Shown here: positions 12,171 to 25,172 of the stretch, in pieces
How positions within the stretch are numbered: the stretch's first letter is position 1
How the letters are laid out: each line of letters starts with the position of its first letter
NCBI RefSeq assembly: GCF_006345805.1
Contig: NW_021836160.1
Location: 1-64,000 of the forward strand
Reading direction: 5' to 3'
Origin: Octopus sinensis
Lineage: Eukaryota
DNA: 64,000 bases
Translations under genes and position numbers: made by a program
Notes under the pieces: model-generated
Databases searched by the model: none
The model's input: only the letters and a program-made list of their open reading frames with translations
What the model was told of the DNA's origin: nothing

Positions 12171-15100
12171 ACCTATATATATATATCCCTATACATACAC
12201 ATAAAAACGTCTAGGCAACTATAAATAAATAAAATAGCTAAATACTTCCACACAATACTTATTCATACTCCCACACACTTATATAGCAATCCCTTTAACC
12301 TATACATTCACACACAAATACACACACGTAAACCACACACCCATAACAAATACAAACACCCACCCCACTCACACACACCCACAAGTACATATAAACCTCA
12401 TCATATACACCAAACAAAATTACTTTACCAAGGAACTTAACATAAGTATAAAAAGTATTACCGCTCTGGAAACGAACATCTTTTAAAACAATGAATGGAG
12501 AAATGGAATAAATGGAATTAAAAATAATATTCACGTGGCAAAACGAACACCACTCAAAAATTATGAATGAAACAATGTAATAAACACAAACATCGAAATA
12601 TAGACAAATTACCACGAATCCCTAAAAAAAACCATGATAAACCAAAACTCTAGACAAATTACCACGAATTCCTAAAAAAAACCATGATAAACCAAAACTC
12701 TTAAAAACATATAACGATAAAATCTTCCTTTGCTAAACTCTATAACAAACCTATATAGCAATCCCCTTAACCTAAAACATTCACACACAAATACACACAC
12801 GTAAACCACAGACCCACGACTTATACAAATACCCACCTCACTCACACATACCTATACTAACTTATAAACCTCAACATACACCAAAAACCCACTCCCTCCC
12901 ACCCAGACAAATTAACACATACATCCCCAAACCTATATAACAAACCCATATACACATTCACACACAAACACAGACACCGCAAAACACACCACACAACAGA
13001 TACATATACTCCCTCACATATACGCATATACATACTCACTAAACTCGATATATACAACAATATTTACACACCCACACTCATACAGATAAATAAATTATAC
13101 AACTAAAAACTCACACACAATCTCATATACATAAACACTCCAATGAAAAACAACATTAAATACATCGTAATTAACCAGAATATCAAAAATAACAATATGA
13201 CATAAGGAGAAATAAAATACATACTTACAAGTCAGTTTCAAATTATGAAGTGAAATTAAATTCTAAGCCGTTAAAAAAATCAAACCAAAATTACGTTACC
13301 ATAGAAATAACTTATGTATAAAAAGAATACGCGCCATGGAAAGTAAACGTCATTTAAAATTATGAATGGAGAAATAGAATAAATGGAACTAAGAACTATA
13401 TCCACGTGGCAAACCAACACTACTTAAAAAAATTATTATGAATGGATTCTTTAATAAAACTACCAAAAAAATTATTATATACATTTATGAGCTTTAGCTC
13501 ATCTTAGCAGCTCTAACAAACAATTTACAGTAACCCAAATCTATTCTCGATGCCTGCCATTCTACTACACTATTCCATTCCCAATTCCAAGCAACGCTAG
13601 CCCACCACCCAGTTACAATTCCCAATTCCACCCATTCATTCACAATTTCAACGACGTTCGCCTCCACAGCGCTATGTATTAACCTCATATATACACCGGT
13701 GATTCGCTTTCACATCCGTGCGGATGGGTGAGAGTATAAATTGAGTGTAGTGATGGGGCTCCCTTTACTATACACATTTGTACCTGTGTGGTAGTCTCCA
13801 TGTGTATATCCACGCACGGGTATAAATGCGGCATGTGCGTGTACCCCCTCACATGTACATATGCATGCTAGTTGGGCTCGATATGTGCAACGGTGTAATC
13901 GCGTCCGCATACATGCAGATGGGCGAATTGCACAATCAAAATACGCACACGTGTGTGTGTGCGTTCCTTGGTTGTGCAGTTCACCCATCTGGGTGTGAGT
14001 GGGTGTAAACGTATTGCTGTGGATGTCGAGCTTGATACGTATGTATATGAGTGTGTATTGGGGGGTTGTACGTATTTGTTGTGTGCATGTGCTTCGCGCA
14101 CGTGCGTCCGTGTATGGATGAATATATGGGGATTGCTATGTGGGTGTAAATTGGGTATAGATTGGGAGTTTTGTCATTGTATGGGTGTGGGTTTCATTTG
14201 TGATGGTGGTTTGTTAGTGATTTTTGGTATGTTCAGTATATTTGGGTTAGTTATGTATTATTCTTGTGTGTATAATTGTATACATATATGATTGGTGTGA
14301 GTGGGATTGCGCCCATTTTTGGGGATGTATATGTTCATTTGTCCATATTTTATAAGTATGATAATTTACTTAATACTGGTGAAGAGCGCAAAATAAAATG
14401 CAGACATAAGTTACTTTACCTATATAATAAGTTTCATGATAAATAGCATTAATAGTTCCCTATTAGGTTACTTTAGTTTAGTTTAAATTAGTTTAGATAA
14501 TTATATTTTTTTGGTTATGTAGTCTAGGCTTTAAATATAGTTAGTCTTTATTGATATTTCTTTGTTTTAATTAGTTCATTTTTAATGTATATTAATATAA
14601 CAGTTTATGGTATGTTAAAACTTTAATAATTTATATTAGATTTTTTTATTTTCTTTAATTATATATTTTTTTATTTTATTTTATTTTATTATGTATTTTT
14701 ATTATGCATTTGTTATATGTGTTTTGGAGGATATATTTATATATGATGGGTGTTATTTAGTCGTGTATTTATTGAGTTTTGTATGTATGTGTGAATGTTT
14801 ACGATCCCTTTGTTTTTTATTTGGTATGTTGAATTGACAGATTTTATTTGGGTATTGTCTGTTATATAAGGTACACACACCCATAACAAATATAAGTGCC
14901 CACTTCATTCGCGCGTACCTGGAATTGCATGTGAGCCTCAATATATGCACCAAATGGCCACTCCCGCCCCATATGGACAAATAAACATAGGGAGCCCCAT
15001 CACTACACTCAATTTATACTCTCACCCATCCGCACGGATGTGAAAGCGAATCACCGGTGTATATATGAGGTTAATACATAGCGCTGTGGAGGCGAACGTC

Positions 15101-16583
15101 GTTGAAATTGTGAATGAATGGGTGGAATTGGGAATTGTAACTGGGTGGTGGGCTAGCGTTGCTTGGAATTGGGAATGGAATAGTGTAGTAGAATGGCAGG
15201 CATCGAGAATAGATTTGGGTTACTGTAAATTGTTTGTTAGAGCTGCTAAGATGAGCTAAAGCTCATAAATGTATATAATAATTTTTTTGGTAGTTTTATT
15301 AAAGAATCCATTCATAATAAATTTTTTTAAGTAGTGTTGGTTTGCCACGTGGATATAGTTCTTAGTTCCATTTATTCTATTTCTCCATTCATAATTTTAA
15401 ATGACGTTTACTTTCCATGGCGCGTATTCTTTTTATACATAAGTTATTTCTATGGTAACGTAATTTTGGTTTGATTTTTTTAACGGCTTAGAATTTAATT
15501 TCACTTCATAATTTGAAACTGACTTGTAAGTATGTATTTTATTTCTCCTTATGTCATATTGTTATTTGATATTCTGGTTAATTACGATGTATTTAATGTT
15601 GTTTTTCATTGGAGTGTTTATGTATATGAGATTGTGTGTGAGTTTTTAGTTGTATAATTTATTTATCTGTATGAGTGTGGGTGTGTAAATATTGTTGTAT
15701 ATATCGAGTTTAGTGAGTATGTATATGCGTATATGTGAGGGAGTATATGTATCTGTTGTGTGTGTGTGTTTTGCGTGTGTCTGTGTTTGTGTGTGAATGT
15801 GTATATGGGTTTGTTATATAGGTTTGGGGATGTATGTGTTAATTTGTCTGGGTGGGAGGGAGTGGGTTTTTGGTGTATGTTGAGGTTTATAAGTTGGTAT
15901 AGGTATGTGTGAGTGAGGTGGGTATTTGTATAAGTCGTGGGTCTGTGGTTTACGTGTGTGTATTTGTGTGTGACTGTTTTAGGTTAAGGGGATTGCTATA
16001 TAGGTTTGTTATAGAGTTTAGCAAAGGGAGATTTTATCGTTATATGTTTTTAAGAGTTTTGGTTTATCATGTTTTTTTTTAGGGAATTCGTGGTAATGTG
16101 TCTAGAGTTTTGGTTTATCATGGTTTTTTTAGGGAATTCGTGGTAATTTGTCTATTTTCGATGTTTGTTGTTTTATTACATTGTTTCATTCATAATTTTT
16201 GAGTGGTGTTCGTTTTGCCACGTGAATATTATTTTTAATTCCATTTATTCCATTTCTCCATTCATTGTTTTAAAAGATGTTCGTTTCCAGAGCGGTAATA
16301 CTTTTTATACTTATGTTAAGTTCCTTGGTAAAGTAATTTTGTTTGGTGTATATGATGAGGTTTATATGTACTTGTGGGTGTGTGTGAGTGGGGTGGGTGT
16401 TTGTATTTGTTATGGGTGTGTGGTTTACGTGTGTGTATTTGTGTGTGAATGTATAGGTTAAAGGGATTGCTATATAAGTGTGTGGGAGTATGAATAAGTA
16501 TTGTGTGGAAGTATTTAGCTATTTTATTTATTTATAGTTGCCTAGACGTTTTTATGTGTATGTATAGGGATATATATATAGGT
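12171..16583. repeat. Large inverted repeat: arms 12171-13764 and 14989-16583, spacer 13765-14988
   Basis: Arms are reverse complements read end to end. The same 64-aa ORF occurs at 13494-13688(-) and 15065-15259(+), and matching ORFs at 12295-12615(-) and 16165-16461(+). Confidence 0.95.
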
Positions 16584-17206
16584 TTTGTCTCTAATAATTT
16601 TTCATCATGGTCACCGGACACTAACCAACTACCATCATCATGTATTTAAGTATGTATGCTTATATGCACGAATGTGTGCCTGTATAGATACATATATGCT
16701 TGACAACTATTAACTTAAAGTTTCGAGGAACATCACTGATACAATAAGTATGGGATTTAAAATATAAATGCTGTGGCAAATTTTTTCGATAAGACTCTTC
16801 AAATCGGTACTACAGCTTGGCCGCAGCCCAATGATCGAGTTAAGTAAAGAATAAAACCCAAAAGACTGCATCGCACTTATACATTCATATATATATCATG
16901 CACCAAACACAGATACTCAAAGTAAAATTAAATATATCTCTCCGTGGAATGATGGCGTACATAAATCACACACACACATACATACATACATACTACATAC
17001 ATACATACATACATACATACATACATACATACATACATACACACACATACATACTTACACACTTGCATGCGTATAAACGTACATGCACATACATAATACA
17101 TACATGCATACATATATACAAACATCAAACGTGTATATGTTACCATGGTACTTATAGTCTCACACTTTCATCACAGATATATAAACTTCAAATAAGTATG
17201 TACGTA

Positions 17207-17258
<52 letters not shown>

Positions 17259-17266
17259 AATATATG

Positions 17267-17309
<43 letters not shown>

Positions 17310-17645
17310 TTTTATATGTATATAAGTATATATATATATGGGTGTAGATTGTACGCGTAAATCACATATATATGCACACATATATCACACACCACACACA
17401 CATATATATGCTTACGTCATTCATACGCATATACATACATATACACGCATGATCGTAGGATGTATGCATATATGCATCACAAAGCTATGCGTACACCAAA
17501 CTTCACATCGATATATAAGCATGAAACAAGTATATATACACATAATATACACATTAATACCCACGCGTACACACACATAACTGTTTGTAGAGTAGAATCT
17601 ACCCATACATACAAACATCGCATACCGTTGCAAATATACGAATAT

Positions 17646-17690
<45 letters not shown>

Positions 17691-17912
17691 ATGCACCCAT
17701 TTATTAATGTATGTATATGTATATACTCAAATAAACACATTAACATTCGAAGAAAGCACATATACATGACACATAGACATATAATCTGCACACACTAAGT
17801 GCTATACACCAACATCAAATAAGTGTATATATATGTATATATATATATATATATATTGTTGTGGCTAGGGAAAGTATATATGTGTATATGCGTGTGCGTG
17901 TGTACATATATA

Positions 17913-17945
<33 letters not shown>

Positions 17946-18441
17946 CATTTATATACATAAAATAAACACATATATGTACATACATACTCGTACAGACGTA
18001 TATATATATATATGTATGTATACGTATAAATGTACCCACAAACATACATACATACATATATATGTCAGCCTATAGAATGTACGCATAAATATCACACACA
18101 CACACACACACAGGCGCACACACACGCATACACACACTTTCACATGTGCACATACATACATTATACTATGTACGGATACAAAGCAGGCAAACATCAAATG
18201 CGTACATCTATCTGTGAAATGTTTGCAAAAATATTTTCTGTTATTTGCGTTTTGTTTTTGTTTTCTTTCTTTGAACAAGTCAAAAGAATGGAAGTTATTT
18301 GAAGCTTTTTAGAAAGAACCATGAAGACAAAGTTGATTCTTTGATAAGTTTTCTGCATTTTCTCTGCAGTATTTTATCAACTAAATTGTATATAAATGCT
18401 GACTGCATACAAGGAGGCGTCTCACGGTTCGACAAGTTTTC

Positions 18442-18442
<1 letters not shown>

Positions 18443-18514
<72 letters not shown>

Positions 18515-18600
18515 GTGATGATGATGATGATGATGATAATAATAATAACAACAACAATAAATTTCAACAGTAATAATGATGATGATGATGATGATTTCTT
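18443..18600. repeat. (AAT)n/(GAT)n microsatellite
   Basis: Direct reading. Confidence 0.95.
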
Positions 18601-18903
18601 TATCAACCACTAAGTGCTTACAAAAACAGATATGATGTGATATGATATGGAGTTCACTGAAGACATATAAACAGTAAAGTAACCTAAAACAAAGAAACAA
18701 AAAAAAAAATTCAAGGAATATTTCTCAAACTGTTAGGAGAATTCTTAGGGTTACTTGTGGAAACCTCATGAAACCACGATCACGCTAACTGCAAAAGTAA
18801 GTGCTCTCTCGACCACCATTATTCCTCAATCTACAGATCCATTAGCTTAGGCCATTCTTGCTACTCACATCCACCTTTCAATAAATTAACTAACACCGGT
18901 TCT

Positions 18904-19005
18904 CGTTGAAAGCACCGGTTCTCGTCTGATCGCCGAAGTTAAGCAACGTCGAGCCTAGTCAGTACTTAGATGGGTGAGAGCTTGGGAAACCTAGGTGCAG
19001 TAAGC
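18904..19005 (+). pseudogene. 5S rRNA pseudogene, 5'-truncated (~16 nt missing)
   Basis: CGTTGAAAGCACCGGTTCTCGTCTGATCGCCGAAGTTAAGCAACGTCGAGCCTAGTCAGTACTTAGATGGGTG...GGGAAACCTAGGTGCAGTAAGC matches the metazoan 5S pattern. Helix GCCTAG/CTAGGT is intact. No oligo-T terminator follows. Confidence 0.85.
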
Positions 19006-19022
19006 ATAGCACATTGTTAAAG

Positions 19023-19450
19023 ACGCAGGAGTGGCTGTGTGGTAAGTAGCCTTGCTTACCAACCACATGGTTCCGGGTTCAGTCCCACTGCGTGGCACCT
19101 TGGGCAAGTGTCTTCTACTATAGCTTCGGGCCGACCAAAGCCTTGTGAGTGGATTTGGTAGACGGAAACTGAAAGAAGCCCGTCGTATATATGTATGTAT
19201 ATATATATATGTGTGCGTGTATGTTTGTGTGTCTGTGTTTGTCCCCCTAGCATTGCTTGACAACCGATGCTGGTGTGTTTATGTCCCCGTCACGTAGCGG
19301 TTTGGCAAAAGAGACCGATAGAATAAGTACTGGGCTTACAAAGAATAAGTCCCGGGGTCGAGTTGCTCGACTAAAGGTGGTGCTCCAGCATGGCCGCAGT
19401 CAAATGACTGAAACAAGTAAAAGAGTAAAAGAGTAAAGGAGTAAAGAGTA
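19023..19450 (+). mobile_element. SINE family A, full length
   Basis: Colinear with 9875-10376. Confidence 0.92.
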
Positions 19451-19454
19451 AGGC

Positions 19455-21420
19455 AGTACTGCATTGTCACTTTCCTTTTCTTCGGCCAAGCCTTCATCGC
19501 GTTTTTCAAGTTGATGAGAGCTTGAAGATCTGGATGAAAGTGTCCAGCCCTTTCAATCTGGTTTAGCGCACAACCGCTTCCGCTAAGGCCAGAGATAAAC
19601 ACTACGCTAAAGGAAGATGCAGAGACCATTTCACAAGGAATTCAGCCGATGGCCCGATCCGTCCTCCATGCGACAGTAGTTGTTCGACATAAGCTTACAA
19701 GTCAGCAATGTTCGGCACTTGAAGAACTGTTTCGTCACCTGCGCGCATCTCGGGTACGCTCGGCTGATGGCACTTCCATACTTGCGTAGGTTATCTCGAA
19801 CCGTCACTGTCACTCCGTAATTACTTCCAAGCCAGAGACTTCTGGAAATTATCCATGGGCTTCAAACCAGCTCAAATACCTCTGGAATATACTAACCTAT
19901 TGATTCCCGACGACACTCAGAATCACCCCGAGAATATCGTTGCTCTTTGCCACCCACCATAGAACACGAAGGTAGAACTTTCTCCCACAGGGGGAAGTAT
20001 TGTGATCACCTGACAGCACTCTAGCTGCTAGGCGTCCTGCCTCGGTTTACACTTGATCTTGGTTTACCGCTTAGTCGAAGAGGCAAGATGCAGAAAAGGG
20101 AGTCTGACAACACCTGCTTAGCGTCAAGGAAATTCTGGGGATGCTGCACCGCCAGCGCATGTCTGCATCATCAGCCACGGTATATCCAGCCCTCTGCTCA
20201 GCGGGTATTGACAGCAAATAGTGCGCTTGATCAGTGGAACTTGTCCCGTTCATAGAAAGCAGAAGTGTAGCCTCTCTAGTCCGACCAGACGTGAACTGGA
20301 GATAGCATGACGGCCAGGAGGTATGTGCCCAACTTTTCAGGGATGGCTCTCTCTTGGACCATTTCTGAGTGAGATCAGTCACTCTGCTCTTCACATCGTC
20401 CCAGTTCTCCCCTTAGTGATCTGAAGCAAACGATACCCTGAGCAATTTAACTGTTCCTTCGTCCCAGCGGCCCGCTGCGCTATTAAATTTTTCTTGCTTA
20501 ATATTGCCTCTGTCATCTCTTCGTATTCTCTTAAGATAGTTCCGATGATGTCTATGTGTTTGGAGTCCGATACTATGAAGGTCCTTCTCCAACCTAGTTC
20601 GTGCAGGATGTCTCCCAACGTATCTAATTACCCACATTAACGGCTCTAGAGTCAGCACATACAGAAGAGTCGATAGGTAACACCTTTGACAAGCCAAGAG
20701 CATGATACTGAATAATTCTGACTTGTGACCGTTTTCCCAAACTACCGGTCGGATGTTACAGTACATTGCGGAAATACAACTGCACAACACTCGAAGGAAA
20801 CGGGTCGCCTTGAGAACAGCCGTGAAATATTAGTGATCGACCCTATCGAACTGTTTTAATTAATCTAAATTGACCAGAATCTCGCCAAGTTCCAATCTCT
20901 CCGCACTTTGGGCTTAGCAGAGTCTTGGGCCTAAAAGTATCTATATCACTTCTCCGCAATGCCACTTACAGAACTAAGAATTCTGTTGTTTGCAGCAGAT
21001 ATCTGTAAAAAGGCCTCTTTAAAAAAGATGGTATATTAGAGTTCGTAGGATAAATCATTCAAAGCAGCCGATTTGTCTACCCCAAACCTAGGCATCCAAT
21101 CATCGCTTATCGTATCTCAGCGGCTATTATCGGCATCACTCCGTCTCTGTTACCGAGAGTCATGTCAGGCTGTCGAGGTAGGTACTGAAATCCATCCTAC
21201 GTTCTGGACCGCCATTGGTCCCGAACAATCAAGCGAAGAAGTGCTGTTGAATAGCTTTCACATCTGCTTGGGGAGGGGGTCAGGGAACATGTGACCATTA
21301 TAGCCAATCAAATATCGAATTGTGGCTCTGTTGCCACGTTGTGCCTCTCCATTCGAGACCAGTGAGAGGCTTCTATACTCCCATTCTTAGAGAACATGCG
21401 TTTGCTCTGGCGAAGCAACT
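19455..21420 (-). mobile_element. Decayed L1/Tx1-like LINE ORF2 (RT, thumb and CCHC zinc knuckle; 5'-truncated)
   Basis: Frameshifted minus-strand motifs: LSTLLYVLTLEPL; IVSDSKHIDIIGTILREYE; NWDDVKSRVTDLTQKW; VRDNLRKYGSAISRAYPRC..ET..FFKC..IADL.AYVEQLL. Confidence 0.85.
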
Positions 21421-21582
21421 TTCGTGCTTGACGTAGAAGAATTGGTCAAGGGTCACAACACTGTGAACACGGCGGTTGCGATTCTTTCTTTAGACACTCC
21501 TTGTATGTTTTTAAGACTTTGTGTAGGTATATGTGTGTGTGAGCGAATGGGTGTGTATATAATTAATATTCTATTTTTCCAT

Positions 21583-21830
21583 CACTTAGTGGCTAGGGGT
21601 GTTGGATCATAATTGTAAGATTGTGGTTTCAATTCCTGGACTGGGCAACTCATTGTGTTCTTGAGCAAAACACTTCATTTCAAGTTGCTACAGTTCCCTC
21701 AGCTGGCAAAAATGAGTGATCCTGCGAGGGACTAGGGTCCCGTCCATGGGGCTGTGGAATATATGCGCCTCGGAAACCGGGAAACCGACCCTTATGAGAG
21801 TATATGACTCGGGGAAGATCTTTGTCCTTT
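21583..21830 (+). mobile_element. tRNA-derived CORE-like SINE (family D)
   Basis: TTAGTGG box A, GTTTCAATTCC box B, and TGTGTTCTTGAGCAAAACACTTCA...CAGCTGGCAAAAATGAG central domain. Confidence 0.8.
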
Positions 21831-21867
21831 ATTTTTCAATCTTTTCCAACCTTATTAAACCTAATAA

Positions 21868-22205
21868 GGCGTATCTCAGTGGTTAGAGTGTCGCGCTTAC
21901 AATCATAAGATAGTGAGTTCGATTCCTGAACTGGGCTGTGTGTTGTGCTCTTAAGCAAGACACTTTATTCCACGCTGCTTCAGCACACTCAGCTGTAGAA
22001 ATGAGTTGCGATGTCGTTGATGCCAAGCTGTATCGGCCTTTGCCCTTTCCTTGGATAACATTGGGCAGTGGTGTGGAGACAGGTGGCTGGTATGCATGGG
22101 CGACTGCAGGTCTTCCATAAACAACCTTATCCGGACTTGTGCCCCGGAAAGGAACTTTCTAGGTGCAATCTCATGGTCATTCGCGACCAAAGGCTGTCTT
22201 TACAC
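21868..22205 (+). mobile_element. tRNA-derived CORE-like SINE, related subfamily
   Basis: CTCAGTGGTTAGAG, GTTCGATTCC, TTAAGCAAGACACTTTA...CAGCTGTAGAAATGAG. Confidence 0.75.
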
Positions 22206-22519
22206 TTTATTTCGAATGGACTCTACTCAAATCATTCTTTACATGATAAACACCATCTTTTGTTGAATGAACCTGTCAACATTCGCTTAACTAATCTGTT
22301 AATCTGTTGCCTGTAAGCTTGGCGTTTATGGTTTCAAATTTTGGCACAAATTTTAGGTGAGGTGTATAGTCAATTACAGTGAGTCCGCTGGTCAATTTTA
22401 TCGACCTCGGAGGGATGAAAGGCAAAGTTGACCTGAACGGGATTTGAACTCAGGGCATAAAGGACCGGAACAAATACAGCAAAGCATTTTGACCGAGATT
22501 ATAACAGTTCGTCCAGCTC

Positions 22520-23697
22520 AGTTTATCATCACCATCATCATCATTATCATCTCATCCGCGACTACGATTCCCACAACCACCAGCATCTCGGCCGCCGCCA
22601 CCACCACACCACCACCACCACCACCACCACCACTACCACCACCACCACCACCACCAACACCACCACCACAACCACCACCACCACCACCACCACCACCACC
22701 ACCACCACCACTACCATTACCACCACCACGACTAGCAATATAACCATCACCATAACCACCACCGTTTCTATGATCACCACCACCAACGCCGCCGCCGCCG
22801 CCATCGCCATTACCACCACCGCCACCACTGCCACCTCTACCTTCTCCGCTGCCATCGTTTCTACAATAGTCGTCCTCTCCAGTGCCGTTACTTCACGACA
22901 TCCCCACCCGACCACTTTCCATCATCATCGTTCTCATTCCCACCATATCACAGAAAACATATCCACCACCTCCACTACTACCACCGCCTTCGTCACCTCC
23001 ACCGCCACCATCACCATCATCATCATCATCATCATCACATTCTGTCATCATCATCATCATCATCATCATTATCATCATCGTCGTCGTCGTCATCATCAGC
23101 ATCATCAGCATCATCTTCACCACCACCACCACCACCATCATCGTCATCATCATCGTCATCATCACCGTCGTCGTCGTCATCGTCGCCATCCCCCTCCTCC
23201 TCATTATCATCCTCACCCCTTTCACCTCCTCCTCCTTCTCATCATCATCATCGTCACAATGGACTCTAAAACGTCCACCTACACAGTTACTATCATGTAA
23301 TATACACGCCTACATCGTCACCAAACCACCACTACCACCACCACCACTACCACCACTACCACCACCACCACCACCCCGACCACTATCCTCAACAACAACA
23401 ACATTACGAACGCACCAGCACTCCACCCTCCACTTCCACCTACGACTTACAACTCTCGTCGCCGCCACCACCACCTCTTCCACAGCCCCAACCACCACCA
23501 CCACCACCACCACCACCACTACCACCATCACCACCACCATCACCACCATCACCAATATCATCTTTACTACTCTAAGCACCAAGAGAATCGTCAACAACAG
23601 CCTTCACCACCAACACAGCCCGTCCCCCCTCTACCCTAACCTCCACCCATGCAGCATCAACAACCGCATCCTCCACCAAAAAAAAAGAACAACACCA

Positions 23698-23731
<34 letters not shown>

Positions 23732-24000
23732 CAACAACAACACCAGTACCACCACCACCACCACCACCACCTCCACTAGCCCCACCATTAAAAGACATGC
23801 CACAAAACTCCCAGCCCACCACCACCACCACCACCACCACCAACACTACCAGAATCCTGACAGTCAACAACACTACCACAACCATAACCACAACCGCATT
23901 GAGCACCACACCCACAACCTCCACCACAACCACTACCACAACGCCCCCCATTCCCCTCCACTACTACCACCGCCGTCGCCACCATTCTACGAGGCATTTT
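22520..24000. repeat. 1.5-kb degenerate (CAC/CAT/CAA)n triplet low-complexity tract
   Basis: Direct reading. This tract is the source of the poly-P/T/H ORFs. Confidence 0.9.
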
Positions 24001-24573
24001 TTCTCGAATCCATTGCTTCCTGTTAAATAAAAGCAACAAACTTTGCTCTATGCCCTAATCGCTTTTATTATCTAATTCTTCCTAATTTCTCTCTCTCTCT
24101 CTCACTTCCTCTTGCTCTTCTTGTACTTCCCTCTGCATCCCTATTTCTCTCTCCCTCTCTCCTTCACTCTCCCTCCATCACTCTTTCCTTCTCTCCTTCT
24201 CTCTCTCTCTCACGGTGTCTTCAGCTCTGACGTAACAGCTTCTTGGGTGTGTACGAACGCAATGATAGAAGAAAGAAGGCTAGTTACGCCAGTACACGAG
24301 AAACATTGATGGCTAGATAGGTAGGTACACACGCACACACACACTCACACGCGCAAACACACACACACACACATACAAACACACACACTCAGATACACAC
24401 ACGTACACATGCTTTTACACACACAGTCGAGAGACAGTGAACTTAGATTCAAAGTATTGACGGAATGGTTAATAGAAATAAACTGTCTTATAACGCGTCA
24501 ATATACACATACTCACAGATATATGGTCGTACTCTCACTCAGGAACATATACACACATGCTTGTGTGTATATA

Positions 24574-24725
24574 GACGTGGCTGTGTGGTAAGAAGCTTGT
24601 TTCGCAACCACATGGTTCCGGCTTCAGTCCCACTGCGTGGCACCTTGGGCAAGTGTCTTCTATTATACCGTCGGCTCGACTAAAGTCTTGCGAGTGGATT
24701 TGGTAGACGGAAACAAAAGGACGCC
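24574..24725 (+). mobile_element. SINE family A head only
   Basis: Matches the 5' 150 bp of family A. Confidence 0.85.
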
Positions 24726-25140
24726 ACACACACGCACACACGCACACACATGAGTAAGCACATAAATGCAAAACAAGGTGCTTAAAAAGTAGTACTCAAA
24801 TACCAAGGGTAGAGTTATGTGCTTTTTTCTATTATTAAACCTTCAAAGTCATTACAAAAAAAAAAAAAGAAAGAACTTGCTGAGAGTTTCACGTTTCCGT
24901 TCGGCGGACAGTTCTGATCAAGAATGTAAAATTTTATTCCAATCTGATCACAACTTCACAACTGCGCGACTAACGGGAAAATGAAACTCCGAGTAACAGA
25001 CTTTTGTGATGTTTTTGAAGGCTTAATGAAAAAGTATATATCTATATATATATGCTGTGTAAGATTTTTTATATATATACTTTTACATTAAACCTGCAAA
25101 AACATCACAAAAGCATATATATATACATATATATATAAAT

Positions 25141-25172
<32 letters not shown>

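Noticed and set aside
13494-15259. Duplicated 64-aa ORF as a real gene pair
   Set aside because: Identity follows from the inverted duplication, and there is no recognisable motif.
12024-16583. Mitochondrial insertion (NUMT) as the explanation for the G-poor strand
   Set aside because: I could not recognise any mitochondrial protein, tRNA or rRNA sequence. A BLAST against the mitogenome would settle it.
18904-21420. Mutsu-like Tx1 element targeting 5S rDNA
   Set aside because: The LINE is antisense to the 5S fragment, does not interrupt it, and is separated from it by a SINE.
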